Below, piece by piece: positions 30,987 through 39,472 of a DNA stretch of 64,000 bases. How positions within the stretch are numbered: the first letter of the stretch is position 1; each line of letters opens with the position of its first letter. The stretch is taken from positions 6,251 through 70,250 of the forward strand of contig JBOGWX010000053.1 in assembly GCA_050694055.1 (NCBI GenBank). Direction: 5' to 3'. The DNA is from Actinomycetota bacterium. Lineage in GTDB: Bacteria; Actinomycetota; CADDZG01; WHSQ01. A model generated the notes under the pieces. It did not search any database. It worked only from the letters and a program-made list of their open reading frames with translations, and was not told where the DNA came from. Position numbers and translations under genes: made by a program.

Positions 30987-32762
30987 CTAGAGATACTGCC
31001 CCGTCTGCACGTTCTCGACCTGACGCTGGCCCTCGCCGTCTTTGTGCTCGCCGACCAAAGTCCGGATGTAGACGATCCGCTCGCCCTTCTTGCCCGAGAT
31101 CTTGGCCCAGTCGTCGGGATTGGTCGTGTTGGGAAGATCCTCGTTCTCGCGGTACTCCTGGTGGATGGCGTTCAGCAGGTCGGTGGCGCCGACCCCCTTG
31201 ACCCCACCTCCGATGTGACGCTTGATCGCCATCTTCTTGGCCCGCCGCACGATGTTTTCGATCATGGCCCCCGAGGAGAAGTCCTTGAAGTACAGAACCT
31301 CCTTGTCGCCGTTGGCATAGGTGACTTCCAGAAACTTGTTATCGTCGGCCACCGAGTACATCTTCTCGACGGTCGCCTCGATGATGGCTCCGACGGCGCC
31401 TTTCGCCGAACCATGATTGTCGATCTCTTCTTTCGCGATCGGGAGGGTCGGCGTCAGGTACTTGCGGAAGATGTCCATAGCGGCGCGCTCGTCGGGACGT
31501 TCGATCTTGATCTTCACGTCGAGCCTTCCCGGACGCAGGATGGCGGGATCGATGAGATCCTCTCGGTTCGATGCCCCAACCACGATGACGTTCTTCAAGC
31601 TCTCGACACCATCGATCTCGGCAAGTAGTTGGGGCACGATGGTCGACTCGATGTCGCTGGAGATGCCGGAACCGCGGGTTCTGAACAACGAGTCCATCTC
31701 GTCGAAGAAGACGATGACCGGCACTCCCTCGTCTGACTTTTCCTTGGCGCGCTGGAAGATCAAACGGATCTGCCGTTCGGTCTCGCCCACGTACTTATTG
31801 AGCAGTTCGGGACCCTTGATGTTGAGGAAGTAGCTCCTCCGCTGGTCGGTCCCCGTGCGCTCGGCGACCTTCTTGGCGAGCGAGTTGGCGACCGCCTTGG
31901 CCACGAGGGTCTTCCCGCAGCCGGGTGGTCCGTAGAGCAGGATGCCCTTGGGTGGATCGAGGTGGTGCTCCCGGAACAGGTCGGCGTACAGGTACGGCAA
32001 CTCCACGGCGTCGCGTATCTCTTCGATCTGGTCAGCCAACCCGCCGATGTCCTCGTAGCTGATGTCGGGAACCTCTTCGAGGATGAGCTCTTCGACCTCG
32101 GGCTTGGGCAGTCGCTCGAGCACGTGTCCTGACTTCGCGTCCATCAACAGGCTGTCGCCGGCGCGAATCTTCTCGTGCAGCAAGGGGTCCGCAAGTTCGA
32201 CGACTCGCTCCTCGTCCGTCCGAGCGATTACCAGCGCTCGCCTACCGTCCTCGAACACCTCCTTGAGCGTTACGACTTCACCCTGCAGCTCGAAGGAGTG
32301 GGCGCCGATGATGTTGAGCGCCTCGTTGAGCATGACTTCCTGGCCCCTGCGCAGATCGTCCAGTTGGATCTCGGGAGAGAGATGCACGCGCATCTTCCGG
32401 CCGTTGCTGAAGACGTCGGCGGTGCCTTCGTCGTCGATCCCCTCGATGAACACGCCGTAGGTGCAAGGTGGCTGAGAGAGCTTCTCGACCTCCTCCTTGA
32501 GCGCCACGAGTTGGTCGCGCGCCTCGCGGAGGGTCGAGGAAAGCCGCTCGTTGCTCGAACGGGACGACTCGAGCTCCGCGGCCGTCTCCGACAGCCGCTT
32601 CTCGAGCGCATGTATTCGCCGAGGCGCCGCTTCGAGCTTCCTGCGAGTCAAAGCAAGCTCGTCCTCGAGCAGCTTGAGCTGACCTTGAAGCTCTTGCACC
32701 TCTCGGTCGTACCGGACGATTCTGCGTTCGACCTCGCCGTCGGTGACCGCAACCACCTCCAA
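30987..32762 (-). CDS. mpa: Proteasome-associated AAA ATPase Mpa/ARC
   Basis: 591 aa. N-terminal coiled coil, Walker A GPPGCGKT, and a C-terminal ...TGQYL proteasome-docking motif. Confidence 0.9.
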   Translation of the reverse strand: MEVVAVTDGEVERRIVRYDREVQELQGQLKLLEDELALTRRKLEAAPRRIHALEKRLSETAAELESSRSSNERLSSTLREARDQLVALKEEVEKLSQPPCTYGVFIEGIDDEGTADVFSNGRKMRVHLSPEIQLDDLRRGQEVMLNEALNIIGAHSFELQGEVVTLKEVFEDGRRALVIARTDEERVVELADPLLHEKIRAGDSLLMDAKSGHVLERLPKPEVEELILEEVPDISYEDIGGLADQIEEIRDAVELPYLYADLFREHHLDPPKGILLYGPPGCGKTLVAKAVANSLAKKVAERTGTDQRRSYFLNIKGPELLNKYVGETERQIRLIFQRAKEKSDEGVPVIVFFDEMDSLFRTRGSGISSDIESTIVPQLLAEIDGVESLKNVIVVGASNREDLIDPAILRPGRLDVKIKIERPDERAAMDIFRKYLTPTLPIAKEEIDNHGSAKGAVGAIIEATVEKMYSVADDNKFLEVTYANGDKEVLYFKDFSSGAMIENIVRRAKKMAIKRHIGGGVKGVGATDLLNAIHQEYRENEDLPNTTNPDDWAKISGKKGERIVYIRTLVGEHKDGEGQRQVENVQTGQYL

Positions 32763-32869
32763 TGGCTCTCGAAAAGACTACTCCCAACCCTTGGCAAGAG
32801 GGATGATTCCTTGCGTGCTTATCGGTTTGCCCGATAGTGAACTCAAGTTTTCTCTCACGCGTCGAGCCG

Positions 32870-33664
32870 TCAGTCCCCCAGCTTTCGAGCCGTGATCAGG
32901 AAACCCGTGTGGGCCACCATGCGATGATCGGGACGAACCGAGCTGCCTTCGATGTTCCAGGTGCGCACCAGGCCCTCGAGCGTTTCGATCATCCCGAAGC
33001 CAAGCCTTCTCAGTGCGTCCACGGTCTGCTGCACCTGCGGAATGGTCGGTAGGTAACAGCAGATGATGCCCCCGGCCGTCAGCGAGTCCGTGGCGGTGCC
33101 CACCGCACGCCATGGCTCGGGCATATCGAGCACTATGCGGTCGAACGTCACGTCGGGCACTCCCTCGAAAACGTCGCCCAGCCGCAGCTCGAGGTTGCCG
33201 GGCGCTCCGCCGCGGCCCTCGAACCAGGTGCTCACGTTGGCGCGCGCTTGATCGTAATGATCCTGTCGCAGCTCGTAGGAGACCACCCGGCCCCCCTCAC
33301 CCACCGCGCGGGCCAGTGCCAGTGTCAACGACGCGGACCCCGTGCCTGCTTCGAGGACGGTCGCCCCCGGATAGATGTCGGCGTAAACGAGGATCAGGCC
33401 CACGTCCTTCGGATAGACGACCTGGGCTCCGCGTTTCATCTTTAGTACGAAGTCGCTCAACGTGGGACGAACGGCAAGTAGACGCCCGCCCTTCGAAGCT
33501 TGCACGCGCAGACCCTCGAGCTCGCCGATCACCGCGTCATGCTCGACCGTGCCCATGTGCGAATGGAACTGCCTGCCCGCCTCGAGCGTGATCAGGTAGC
33601 GCCTCTCCTTCGAATCGATCAGCAGTGCGCGCTCCCCCGGCTCGAACGGCTTACCCGGCGTCAT
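32870..33664 (-). CDS. trmI: tRNA (adenine58-N1)-methyltransferase TrmI
   Basis: ORF 32870..33973 trimmed to ATG 33662-33664, which overlaps the TGA of the upstream gene. SAM motif VLEAGTGSASLTLALARAV. The trmI-mpa adjacency is conserved. Confidence 0.85.
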   Translation of the reverse strand: MTPGKPFEPGERALLIDSKERRYLITLEAGRQFHSHMGTVEHDAVIGELEGLRVQASKGGRLLAVRPTLSDFVLKMKRGAQVVYPKDVGLILVYADIYPGATVLEAGTGSASLTLALARAVGEGGRVVSYELRQDHYDQARANVSTWFEGRGGAPGNLELRLGDVFEGVPDVTFDRIVLDMPEPWRAVGTATDSLTAGGIICCYLPTIPQVQQTVDALRRLGFGMIETLEGLVRTWNIEGSSVRPDHRMVAHTGFLITARKLGD

Positions 33665-34662
33665 GCCGGATCTCTGCCTGCGCCCAGCGTCCTCGTTGTT
33701 GTCCTGGGGGGCTTTCGGCTCAACGCCAGCTCCTTGGTGTTGCAGAACGCGCAGCGAGGCTCGCCGGACTTCCTCCGCACGGTCGGAGCCCGGCAGACCA
33801 CGCAGGCGACCACATCGACGCCGCCGGTCGCCTCCTCGGCGTTGCGGAAGCGATCTGCCGCCTCTCTCAAGAAACGCGTGTAGAACTGGCTCTTCGTGCC
33901 CGGCGACTTGTCCTCGAGAAGCGTGATCGCTTCCTTGTAACGGTGTTGCGTGTTGCCCTCGACCATCGGGCACTCCTCGATGATGTAGTCGATGCCTCGT
34001 AACAGGGTGTAAGCCGCGGTCTCTCGCTCGGAGAGTTTCACCAGGGGCTTGACCTTGCGCACCAAAGCCACGCGGGCATCGTCGCCTTCGCCCAGAATGC
34101 GCTCATCCAGCACGGGCCTCTGGCGGCCCAGCATGTCGGTGTTCCAGTGAAGGACATTGCCCAACAACGTCGCCACCTCGTCATCCAGGTTGTGGCCCGT
34201 GACGAGCACCTCGAAGCCCTCCTCGAGAGCCGCCCGGTTGAACTCGTAGCGTTTGTTCAAGCCGCAGCCGGAACACGGCACCCTGCGCGTCAACGTCGAC
34301 AGCTCGGGCACGGTGAAGCCGTGCTCGTCGACCAGGGTCCTCAGGATCAGCTTTGCGTCGCGCTCGCCGGCGAACTTGATCGAGAGGTCGCGCGACCGCT
34401 CCGAATAGCGCCCGATTCCTAGATCGAGATGAAAGCCCGTGACCTCGTAGCCGAGGTCCAGCAGGATGTCCCACAGCCCCAGGGAGTCCTTGCCCCCGGA
34501 GACCGCAAGCAGCAACCGGTCGTCGGGTTCAAACATCTTGAACTCTTTGATGGTCCGGCCCACTTGGTTGCGAACGTGCTCCAGAAAGTGGCCCCCGCAG
34601 AAGGCGGCATTGTGCCTGCGGATATCCACCACGGCGTGAGCGCGGCAGACCTTGCACTTCAT
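33661..34662 (-). CDS. ttuA: TtuA/NcsA-like PP-loop tRNA 2-thiolation protein
   Basis: 333 aa. N-terminal CxxC...CxxH (CKVC...CGGH), PP-loop SGGKDS, central PCSGCG, and C-terminal CVVC...CAFC zinc finger. Confidence 0.7.
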   Translation of the reverse strand: MKCKVCRAHAVVDIRRHNAAFCGGHFLEHVRNQVGRTIKEFKMFEPDDRLLLAVSGGKDSLGLWDILLDLGYEVTGFHLDLGIGRYSERSRDLSIKFAGERDAKLILRTLVDEHGFTVPELSTLTRRVPCSGCGLNKRYEFNRAALEEGFEVLVTGHNLDDEVATLLGNVLHWNTDMLGRQRPVLDERILGEGDDARVALVRKVKPLVKLSERETAAYTLLRGIDYIIEECPMVEGNTQHRYKEAITLLEDKSPGTKSQFYTRFLREAADRFRNAEEATGGVDVVACVVCRAPTVRRKSGEPRCAFCNTKELALSRKPPRTTTRTLGAGRDPA

Positions 34663-34871
34663 CGAGGATCGCCCTCCTCTCCTCCGGATAGGACAGGCCG
34701 CACCTCGACCTCATCGGTATCGCGCACTCGCTCGTCGCGCGTCAGGAGAGTCTTGTCCCTGATCACGAGCACGGACTCGGGCACGATGCCAAGCTCCTCC
34801 AGAAGGGCGACCACCGTCCTCGGGCCCTGCAGCTCGACGACCCGGTCCGGATTACGAAGCTTGACCTGCAT
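34659..34871 (-). CDS. ThiS/MoaD-family ubiquitin-like sulfur carrier (TtuB-like) with residues after the GG
   Basis: 70 aa with a beta-grasp-like sequence ending ...VEVRPVLSGG-EEGDPR. Its TGA overlaps the ttuA-like ATG (ATGA). Confidence 0.6.
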   Translation of the reverse strand: MQVKLRNPDRVVELQGPRTVVALLEELGIVPESVLVIRDKTLLTRDERVRDTDEVEVRPVLSGGEEGDPR

Positions 34872-34884
34872 GCTCTCAGGGTAG

Positions 34885-36003
34885 CTAGTCGCCGAGGGTC
34901 ACGGGACGCTCCTCGAGATCGACCTCGACCTCTCGCTCACCGTCGGGTCCGACCAGGGTCAGCGTAACCGTGTCGTCGGGGTCGAACTCGGCCAGCGTGT
35001 CTGTCAAGTCGGTGGGCGACTCGATCGCATCGCCGTCGAGAGCGGTGATGACCTCGCCGACCTCTATACCGGCAGCGTCGGCGGGACCATCGGGGAACAC
35101 CTCGAGGAGCCCGGCGCCGCTGACCTCGTCGGGCAGGTCGAACTGGTCGCTGACTTCGGGATCATTGGGATCTGCGATTCCAACGCCGAGCCAGGCGCGT
35201 TTCTCCGGCGGATTCTCGATGATCTCCTCGACGATGGGGAGGGCGGTGTCGATCGAGATGGCAAAACCAACGTTCTCGGCCGAGGCCGCAGAGGCGGCGG
35301 CGGTATTGATGCCGACCAGGCGGCCGGCCGTATCGACCAGCGCGCCACCCGAGTTGCCCGGATTGATGGCCGCGTCCGTCTGCAGCACGCCCTGAAGCTC
35401 CTCCCGCCCCGTGGGCCCGCCTCCCACCGCGATGTCGCGCTCCTTGGCGGAGACGATCCCGGCGGTCACGGTCGCGCCGCCGAGGCCCAGGGGAAAGCCC
35501 AAGGCGATGACCTCGTCGCCCAGGCGCAGGCTGTCCTCGGTGCCCAGCTTGATCGCCTGCAGGCCCTCGACGTCGACCTTGATCACCGCGAGGTCCTTCT
35601 CGGGGTCGGTGCCGATCACCGAACCTTGGGTCTTGCGGTCGTCGAGGGTCTCGTCGGTGAAGACGACTTCGACGTTGGCTGCTCCCTCGATGACGTGGTT
35701 GTTCGTCACGATGTAGCCCGCGTCGTCCACGATGACGCCCGAGCCCTGCGCCCGGGACTCGTTTCCCCCGAAGGACTCGTCGAGGCCGACGACCTTGACG
35801 TTGACCACCGAGGGCAGCGCGCGGTCGACGACGTCCGCGATCCCGGAGCTCTGTACGGGCTCGGTGCTCTGTTCGAGGGTGACCTCGTCCCCCTCGTCGA
35901 ACGTGGGAGCCTCGCGGCCCCCGTCTGTACGCGACAGAGTCAGCGCGCACGCCGGCAACAGGAGTGTGAGGAGCATGATCAGGGCGAGCCGTCGAAGTCT
36001 CAT
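34885..36003 (-). CDS. HtrA/DegP-family (S1C) serine protease with a PDZ domain
   Basis: N-terminal signal/lipobox-like MRLRRLALIMLLTLLLPAC. Catalytic triad contexts TNNHVIEG, DLAVIKV and GNSGGALVD. C-terminal PDZ. Confidence 0.85.
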   Translation of the reverse strand: MRLRRLALIMLLTLLLPACALTLSRTDGGREAPTFDEGDEVTLEQSTEPVQSSGIADVVDRALPSVVNVKVVGLDESFGGNESRAQGSGVIVDDAGYIVTNNHVIEGAANVEVVFTDETLDDRKTQGSVIGTDPEKDLAVIKVDVEGLQAIKLGTEDSLRLGDEVIALGFPLGLGGATVTAGIVSAKERDIAVGGGPTGREELQGVLQTDAAINPGNSGGALVDTAGRLVGINTAAASAASAENVGFAISIDTALPIVEEIIENPPEKRAWLGVGIADPNDPEVSDQFDLPDEVSGAGLLEVFPDGPADAAGIEVGEVITALDGDAIESPTDLTDTLAEFDPDDTVTLTLVGPDGEREVEVDLEERPVTLGD

Positions 36004-36049
36004 GTCCGTCTAAGGATAGAGAGGTCGTGATTTAGATCGTGACGACGGT

Positions 36050-36427
36050 CTATGAGGGCACCTCGACGGCTTCGACGTCGAACTCCCCGCCGCTTATCCC
36101 GCCCAGGGCGAAGACCACCAGGTAGGTTCCCGGCGTCAGAGCGATGGAGTCGGTGATCGTGGTGGTCTCCTCGGTCGCTCCCTGTAGACCCCAGGTGGTC
36201 TGCCGGCGCTGTGGCCCCTCGTAGATGATCTCTCTGCTGTCCTTGTCGACGAGGTAGAAGCGTTCGGCATAGTGACCGGCGGGCGCCACCCATTGACGCC
36301 ACACCGAAAAGGGAAGGGTGCGCCCGCCGCGCACGGGGATTCCCGTGTCTCCCTGAGAGGGCTTGACCGGCTTGATGATGAAATCGAGAACCCTGCGCTG
36401 CGGTCCCTTGATGTCGGCTGTGGGCAT
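36050..36427 (-). CDS. Hypothetical protein
   Basis: 125-aa ORF in the same-strand chain between a hypothetical gene and htrA. G/C-rich third positions. No recognisable family. Confidence 0.5.
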   Translation of the reverse strand: MPTADIKGPQRRVLDFIIKPVKPSQGDTGIPVRGGRTLPFSVWRQWVAPAGHYAERFYLVDKDSREIIYEGPQRRQTTWGLQGATEETTTITDSIALTPGTYLVVFALGGISGGEFDVEAVEVPS

Positions 36428-36431
36428 TCGC

Positions 36432-36743
36432 CTAGAGCACCCTTAGGTGCACGATCCTGGGGCGTCCCTCCCGCTCCTCCCAGGTCGAGGCGACCTTGGT
36501 CGTCCCGCCGTCACCGGAGTAGGCGATGATCGCCACATAGGCGCCGCCCTCCTTGTCGATCTCGGTCACCTCTGAGCCGCTGAGGTCCTTGGGCAACGCC
36601 TTCATGACCCCGGGCGCCTGCTCGGCGGCCTCCGGCGTGAGGTCCCGTCCCGCCGTCTTGAAGTCACCTGCGACGGTCGCCTTGCCATGGTTCTCCGCGT
36701 GTTGTCTGACGGCGTTCTCGTCCACAACCGATCCTCCTGTCAC
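36432..36743 (-). CDS. Hypothetical protein
   Basis: 103-aa ORF. Its GTG 36741-36743 overlaps the TGA of the upstream DsbA-like gene. No recognisable family. Confidence 0.5.
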   Translation of the reverse strand: MTGGSVVDENAVRQHAENHGKATVAGDFKTAGRDLTPEAAEQAPGVMKALPKDLSGSEVTEIDKEGGAYVAIIAYSGDGGTTKVASTWEEREGRPRIVHLRVL

Positions 36744-37471
36744 TCTCCGGCCGCTCGGGTGAGCAGCTCTTCATATATCCAGGGCTCGTCCCTGGATACC
36801 ACCGGAAAGCCCTCGCCGTGCTTGCCCTCCCAGTCCACGGTCACCCCCGGGTTGTGAACGCTGGTGCCATCGGGGAAGAAGAAGTGGGGGCTGCCCTCGA
36901 CCTTATGCGTCTTCGCCACCTCGAGATCGCCGAAGATCGCGCGGCGTGCCTCCCCTTCGACGAGCGCGTTCTCGAGTGACCCCTCGTCCACTCCCGGGGC
37001 CGAGACCGCCACGCCCATGATCTCGTGGAGCATCGAGATGTTCCGGCTGTCTCGAAACAACGCCAGCCGCAGAGCCCGATCGAGCTCTGCCGAGGCCTCG
37101 AGACTCTGTCTCTTCGCGGCGTACACGGCCTCGAGCGCCGGGAGAATGGTCACCGGCCACTCGTCGGGCCGGCCCTGCCAGACTTGCCAGCCGGCGCCCG
37201 GCTCCACGCCCCCGACCACCGGGATCTCCGCATCGAGGATTCGCTTCGGAGTCGACTGACCGTTTATGAGCTCGAGCGGAAACGCCCTGACGTCGAGCGC
37301 CAGCCGGTCTTGGAGGCCGAGCCGCGTGCGGGTCGAGTGCCAGCGATGGACCGCGGCATGTGCCCAGGGACATGCGATGTCGGCGAACAAGACCACGGTT
37401 CCGGAGGGTACTTCGATGACCACTCGCTTCCTTTTCTCGTCGTCGCTCGAGCGACTATCGTCGGTGGACAT
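36740..37471 (-). CDS. DsbA-family thioredoxin-fold protein (degenerate CPWA active site)
   Basis: ORF 36740..37537 trimmed to ATG 37469-37471 (MSTDDSRSS...). VLFADIACPWAHAAV sits at the position of the DsbA CxxC. The start is uncertain (see the finding on 37469-37472). Confidence 0.65.
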   Translation of the reverse strand: MSTDDSRSSDDEKRKRVVIEVPSGTVVLFADIACPWAHAAVHRWHSTRTRLGLQDRLALDVRAFPLELINGQSTPKRILDAEIPVVGGVEPGAGWQVWQGRPDEWPVTILPALEAVYAAKRQSLEASAELDRALRLALFRDSRNISMLHEIMGVAVSAPGVDEGSLENALVEGEARRAIFGDLEVAKTHKVEGSPHFFFPDGTSVHNPGVTVDWEGKHGEGFPVVSRDEPWIYEELLTRAAGE

Positions 37472-37901
37472 GTGCGCCTTCTGTGACATCGCGGCCGGCA
37501 GGGTGACCGCTGAGGTCGTTCTGGCGGACGACCTCATGCTTGCGTTTCTGGACTTCCGGCCTCTGTTCGTGGGTCATACGCTCCTCATACCCCGTTCTCA
37601 CGTCGAGACCTTTGCCGATCTGCCCGACGACTTGCTCGCCCCCTTCTTCGCCACCGCGCGGCTCCTCAGCCGGGCCATGGAGGAGGTCCTGGGAGCTCAG
37701 GGCTCCTTCGTCGCGATGAACAACCGGATCAGCCAGAGCGTCCCTCATCTGCACGTGCACGTCGTGCCCCGCCGCCGCAAGGACGGGTTGCGCGGGTTTT
37801 TCTGGCCCCGTACGAAGTACGCCGGCGACGCGGCCATGGCCGAGGTCGCAGCGGAGCTACGAGAGGGCATCGCCGCGCTGAAGGCCGCCCATGAAGTCTG
37901 A
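37470..37901 (+). CDS. HIT family protein
   Basis: ORF 37266..37901 trimmed to ATG 37470 (MCAFCDIAAGR...). Histidine triad VPHLHVHVVP. Confidence 0.85.
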   Translation: MCAFCDIAAGRVTAEVVLADDLMLAFLDFRPLFVGHTLLIPRSHVETFADLPDDLLAPFFATARLLSRAMEEVLGAQGSFVAMNNRISQSVPHLHVHVVPRRRKDGLRGFFWPRTKYAGDAAMAEVAAELREGIAALKAAHEV

Positions 37902-38532
37902 GCGACCGGAGTTGCGCTCGGCGGACGGCCTGCGGCTGGAGGCTGAGCTGTCCATCCCCGAAGAGGCGCGCGCCGCACTGGTCTTCTGTCACCCCCATCC
38001 CCAGATGGGCGGAACGATGAACGCTCCGCTCCTGATGGCGGTCACAGAGGAGCTTGTCGAGCGATCCTGGGTGGTGCTTCGCTTCAACTTCCGGGGTATC
38101 GGCGAGTCCGAGGGCGAGGCGACGACCGGCAGTGCCGAGGTGGCCGACGCCGAGGGAGCGGTTGCACTCCTGCGGGAGCGCTTCGCCCGGCTGCCGGTGG
38201 CCATCGCGGGATGGTCGTTCGGTGCCGCGGTCGCGACGAGAGTGGCGGCGAACGACAATCGGCTCGCGGCGCTGGTCGCCATCGCCCCCTCCGTCGAGGA
38301 GAAGCCGGGTATCACCGACGGGCTGCCGGATGCGGAGAAGGTCGACCTCGAGATCCCGGCGCTGGTGCTGTGCGCGGTCAACGATGAGCTCGTCAACCTG
38401 GAGTCGGCCCGCCGGTGGGCGGAGGTCGCCCAGACCGAGTGGTACGCCATGGAGGGGGCCAACCACTTCTTCTGGGCCAAGTACGACGAACTCGCCGTCG
38501 TCGTAGCGGACTTTCTCGACGCCGAGGTCTAG
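37891..38532 (+). CDS. Alpha/beta hydrolase (short, prolyl-oligopeptidase/dienelactone-hydrolase-like)
   Basis: 213 aa. VFCHPHPQMGGTMN and nucleophile elbow IAGWSFGA. Confidence 0.75.
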   Translation: MKSERPELRSADGLRLEAELSIPEEARAALVFCHPHPQMGGTMNAPLLMAVTEELVERSWVVLRFNFRGIGESEGEATTGSAEVADAEGAVALLRERFARLPVAIAGWSFGAAVATRVAANDNRLAALVAIAPSVEEKPGITDGLPDAEKVDLEIPALVLCAVNDELVNLESARRWAEVAQTEWYAMEGANHFFWAKYDELAVVVADFLDAEV

Positions 38533-39425
38533 CTCACGCCGCTCCCCGGCGGGCTCTCCGGTCGAGTGGCTTCGTAGGTGAGAATTCCCACCGCAACGGC
38601 CAGATTCAAGGACGTCGCGGTCCCGTACATCGGTATGCGAACGGCGACGTCCCCCTCGTCGAGAAGCCCGGCGTCGAGCCCGTGGCCCTCGCTTCCGAAC
38701 AGCAGGAGCGCGGGCTTCGAATAGGTCGTTGACCAGTGCTCGATTTCGGTGTGAGCGGTCGTGGTGACGATGGTCAACCCGTGGTCGCGGGCCCAGGTGA
38801 TCACATCGTGAGGATCCGCGACGACGACGAGCGGGATCGTGAAGACGGTCCCCATGGACGACTTGAGCGCACTCGGATGCCAGAAGTCCGTGGCCTCACC
38901 GAGCGCGATGACGCCCGCCGCTCCGGCGGCGTCCGCGGTCCGAACGATGGTGCCGAGGTTTCCGGGACTGCCGATCTCGTGCAGAGCGATGAACACGGAG
39001 TCGGGCTCGACGACGAGGTCCCTCAAGCGGAAAGTGCGCGCGTGCGCTATGGCCGCCAGTCCCACGGGATGCTCTCGCTCCGACAGCGTTGCGAATGCTT
39101 CGGGTGTCACCGCCACGACTCGAGTCGAGTTTTCTGCTCGTCGAACGAGATCCAGAGCCCGGTCACTGGTCAGGAGCCCAGGGCTGTAGAGGACGACCTC
39201 GACATCGGCGTGCTCGAGCGCCTGCCATGTCGGAGCGATGCCCTCCACGAGGAAGACTCCCTCTGCATCGCGATGCTTACGCAGGCGCAGCTTGCGGGCC
39301 CGCTTCAACAACGGGTTGGCGGGACTGGCGATGGGTTCCTTGTCTGCTCCCAACCAAGTGTCCTGAGTCAGAGCTGCGCCGGCATACGCGGCCAGGCTAT
39401 CGAGGATCCGACCCGGAAGAGACAA
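38529..39425 (-). CDS. TrmH/SpoU-family RNA 2'-O-methyltransferase
   Basis: FLVEG, SPGNLGTIVRTADAAG and SLNLAVAVGILTYE SpoU motifs. The TTG start at 39425 lies inside a terminator-like hairpin, so a later start (for example TTG 39353) is possible. Confidence 0.8.
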   Translation of the reverse strand: MSLPGRILDSLAAYAGAALTQDTWLGADKEPIASPANPLLKRARKLRLRKHRDAEGVFLVEGIAPTWQALEHADVEVVLYSPGLLTSDRALDLVRRAENSTRVVAVTPEAFATLSEREHPVGLAAIAHARTFRLRDLVVEPDSVFIALHEIGSPGNLGTIVRTADAAGAAGVIALGEATDFWHPSALKSSMGTVFTIPLVVVADPHDVITWARDHGLTIVTTTAHTEIEHWSTTYSKPALLLFGSEGHGLDAGLLDEGDVAVRIPMYGTATSLNLAVAVGILTYEATRPESPPGSGVS

Positions 39426-39454
39426 GGGACGCCGCTGTTAGCGGCGTCCCTTGT
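39422..39454 (-). terminator. Intrinsic-terminator-like hairpin (14-bp perfect stem, 5-nt loop) after the choice-of-anchor-B gene
   Basis: ACAAGGGACGCCGC (39422-39435) / GCGGCGTCCCTTGT (39441-39454). It lies 19 nt past the stop at 39473 and is followed on the minus strand by CTCTTCC. Confidence 0.55.
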
Positions 39455-39472
39455 GCGTCACGATTCGAACTG

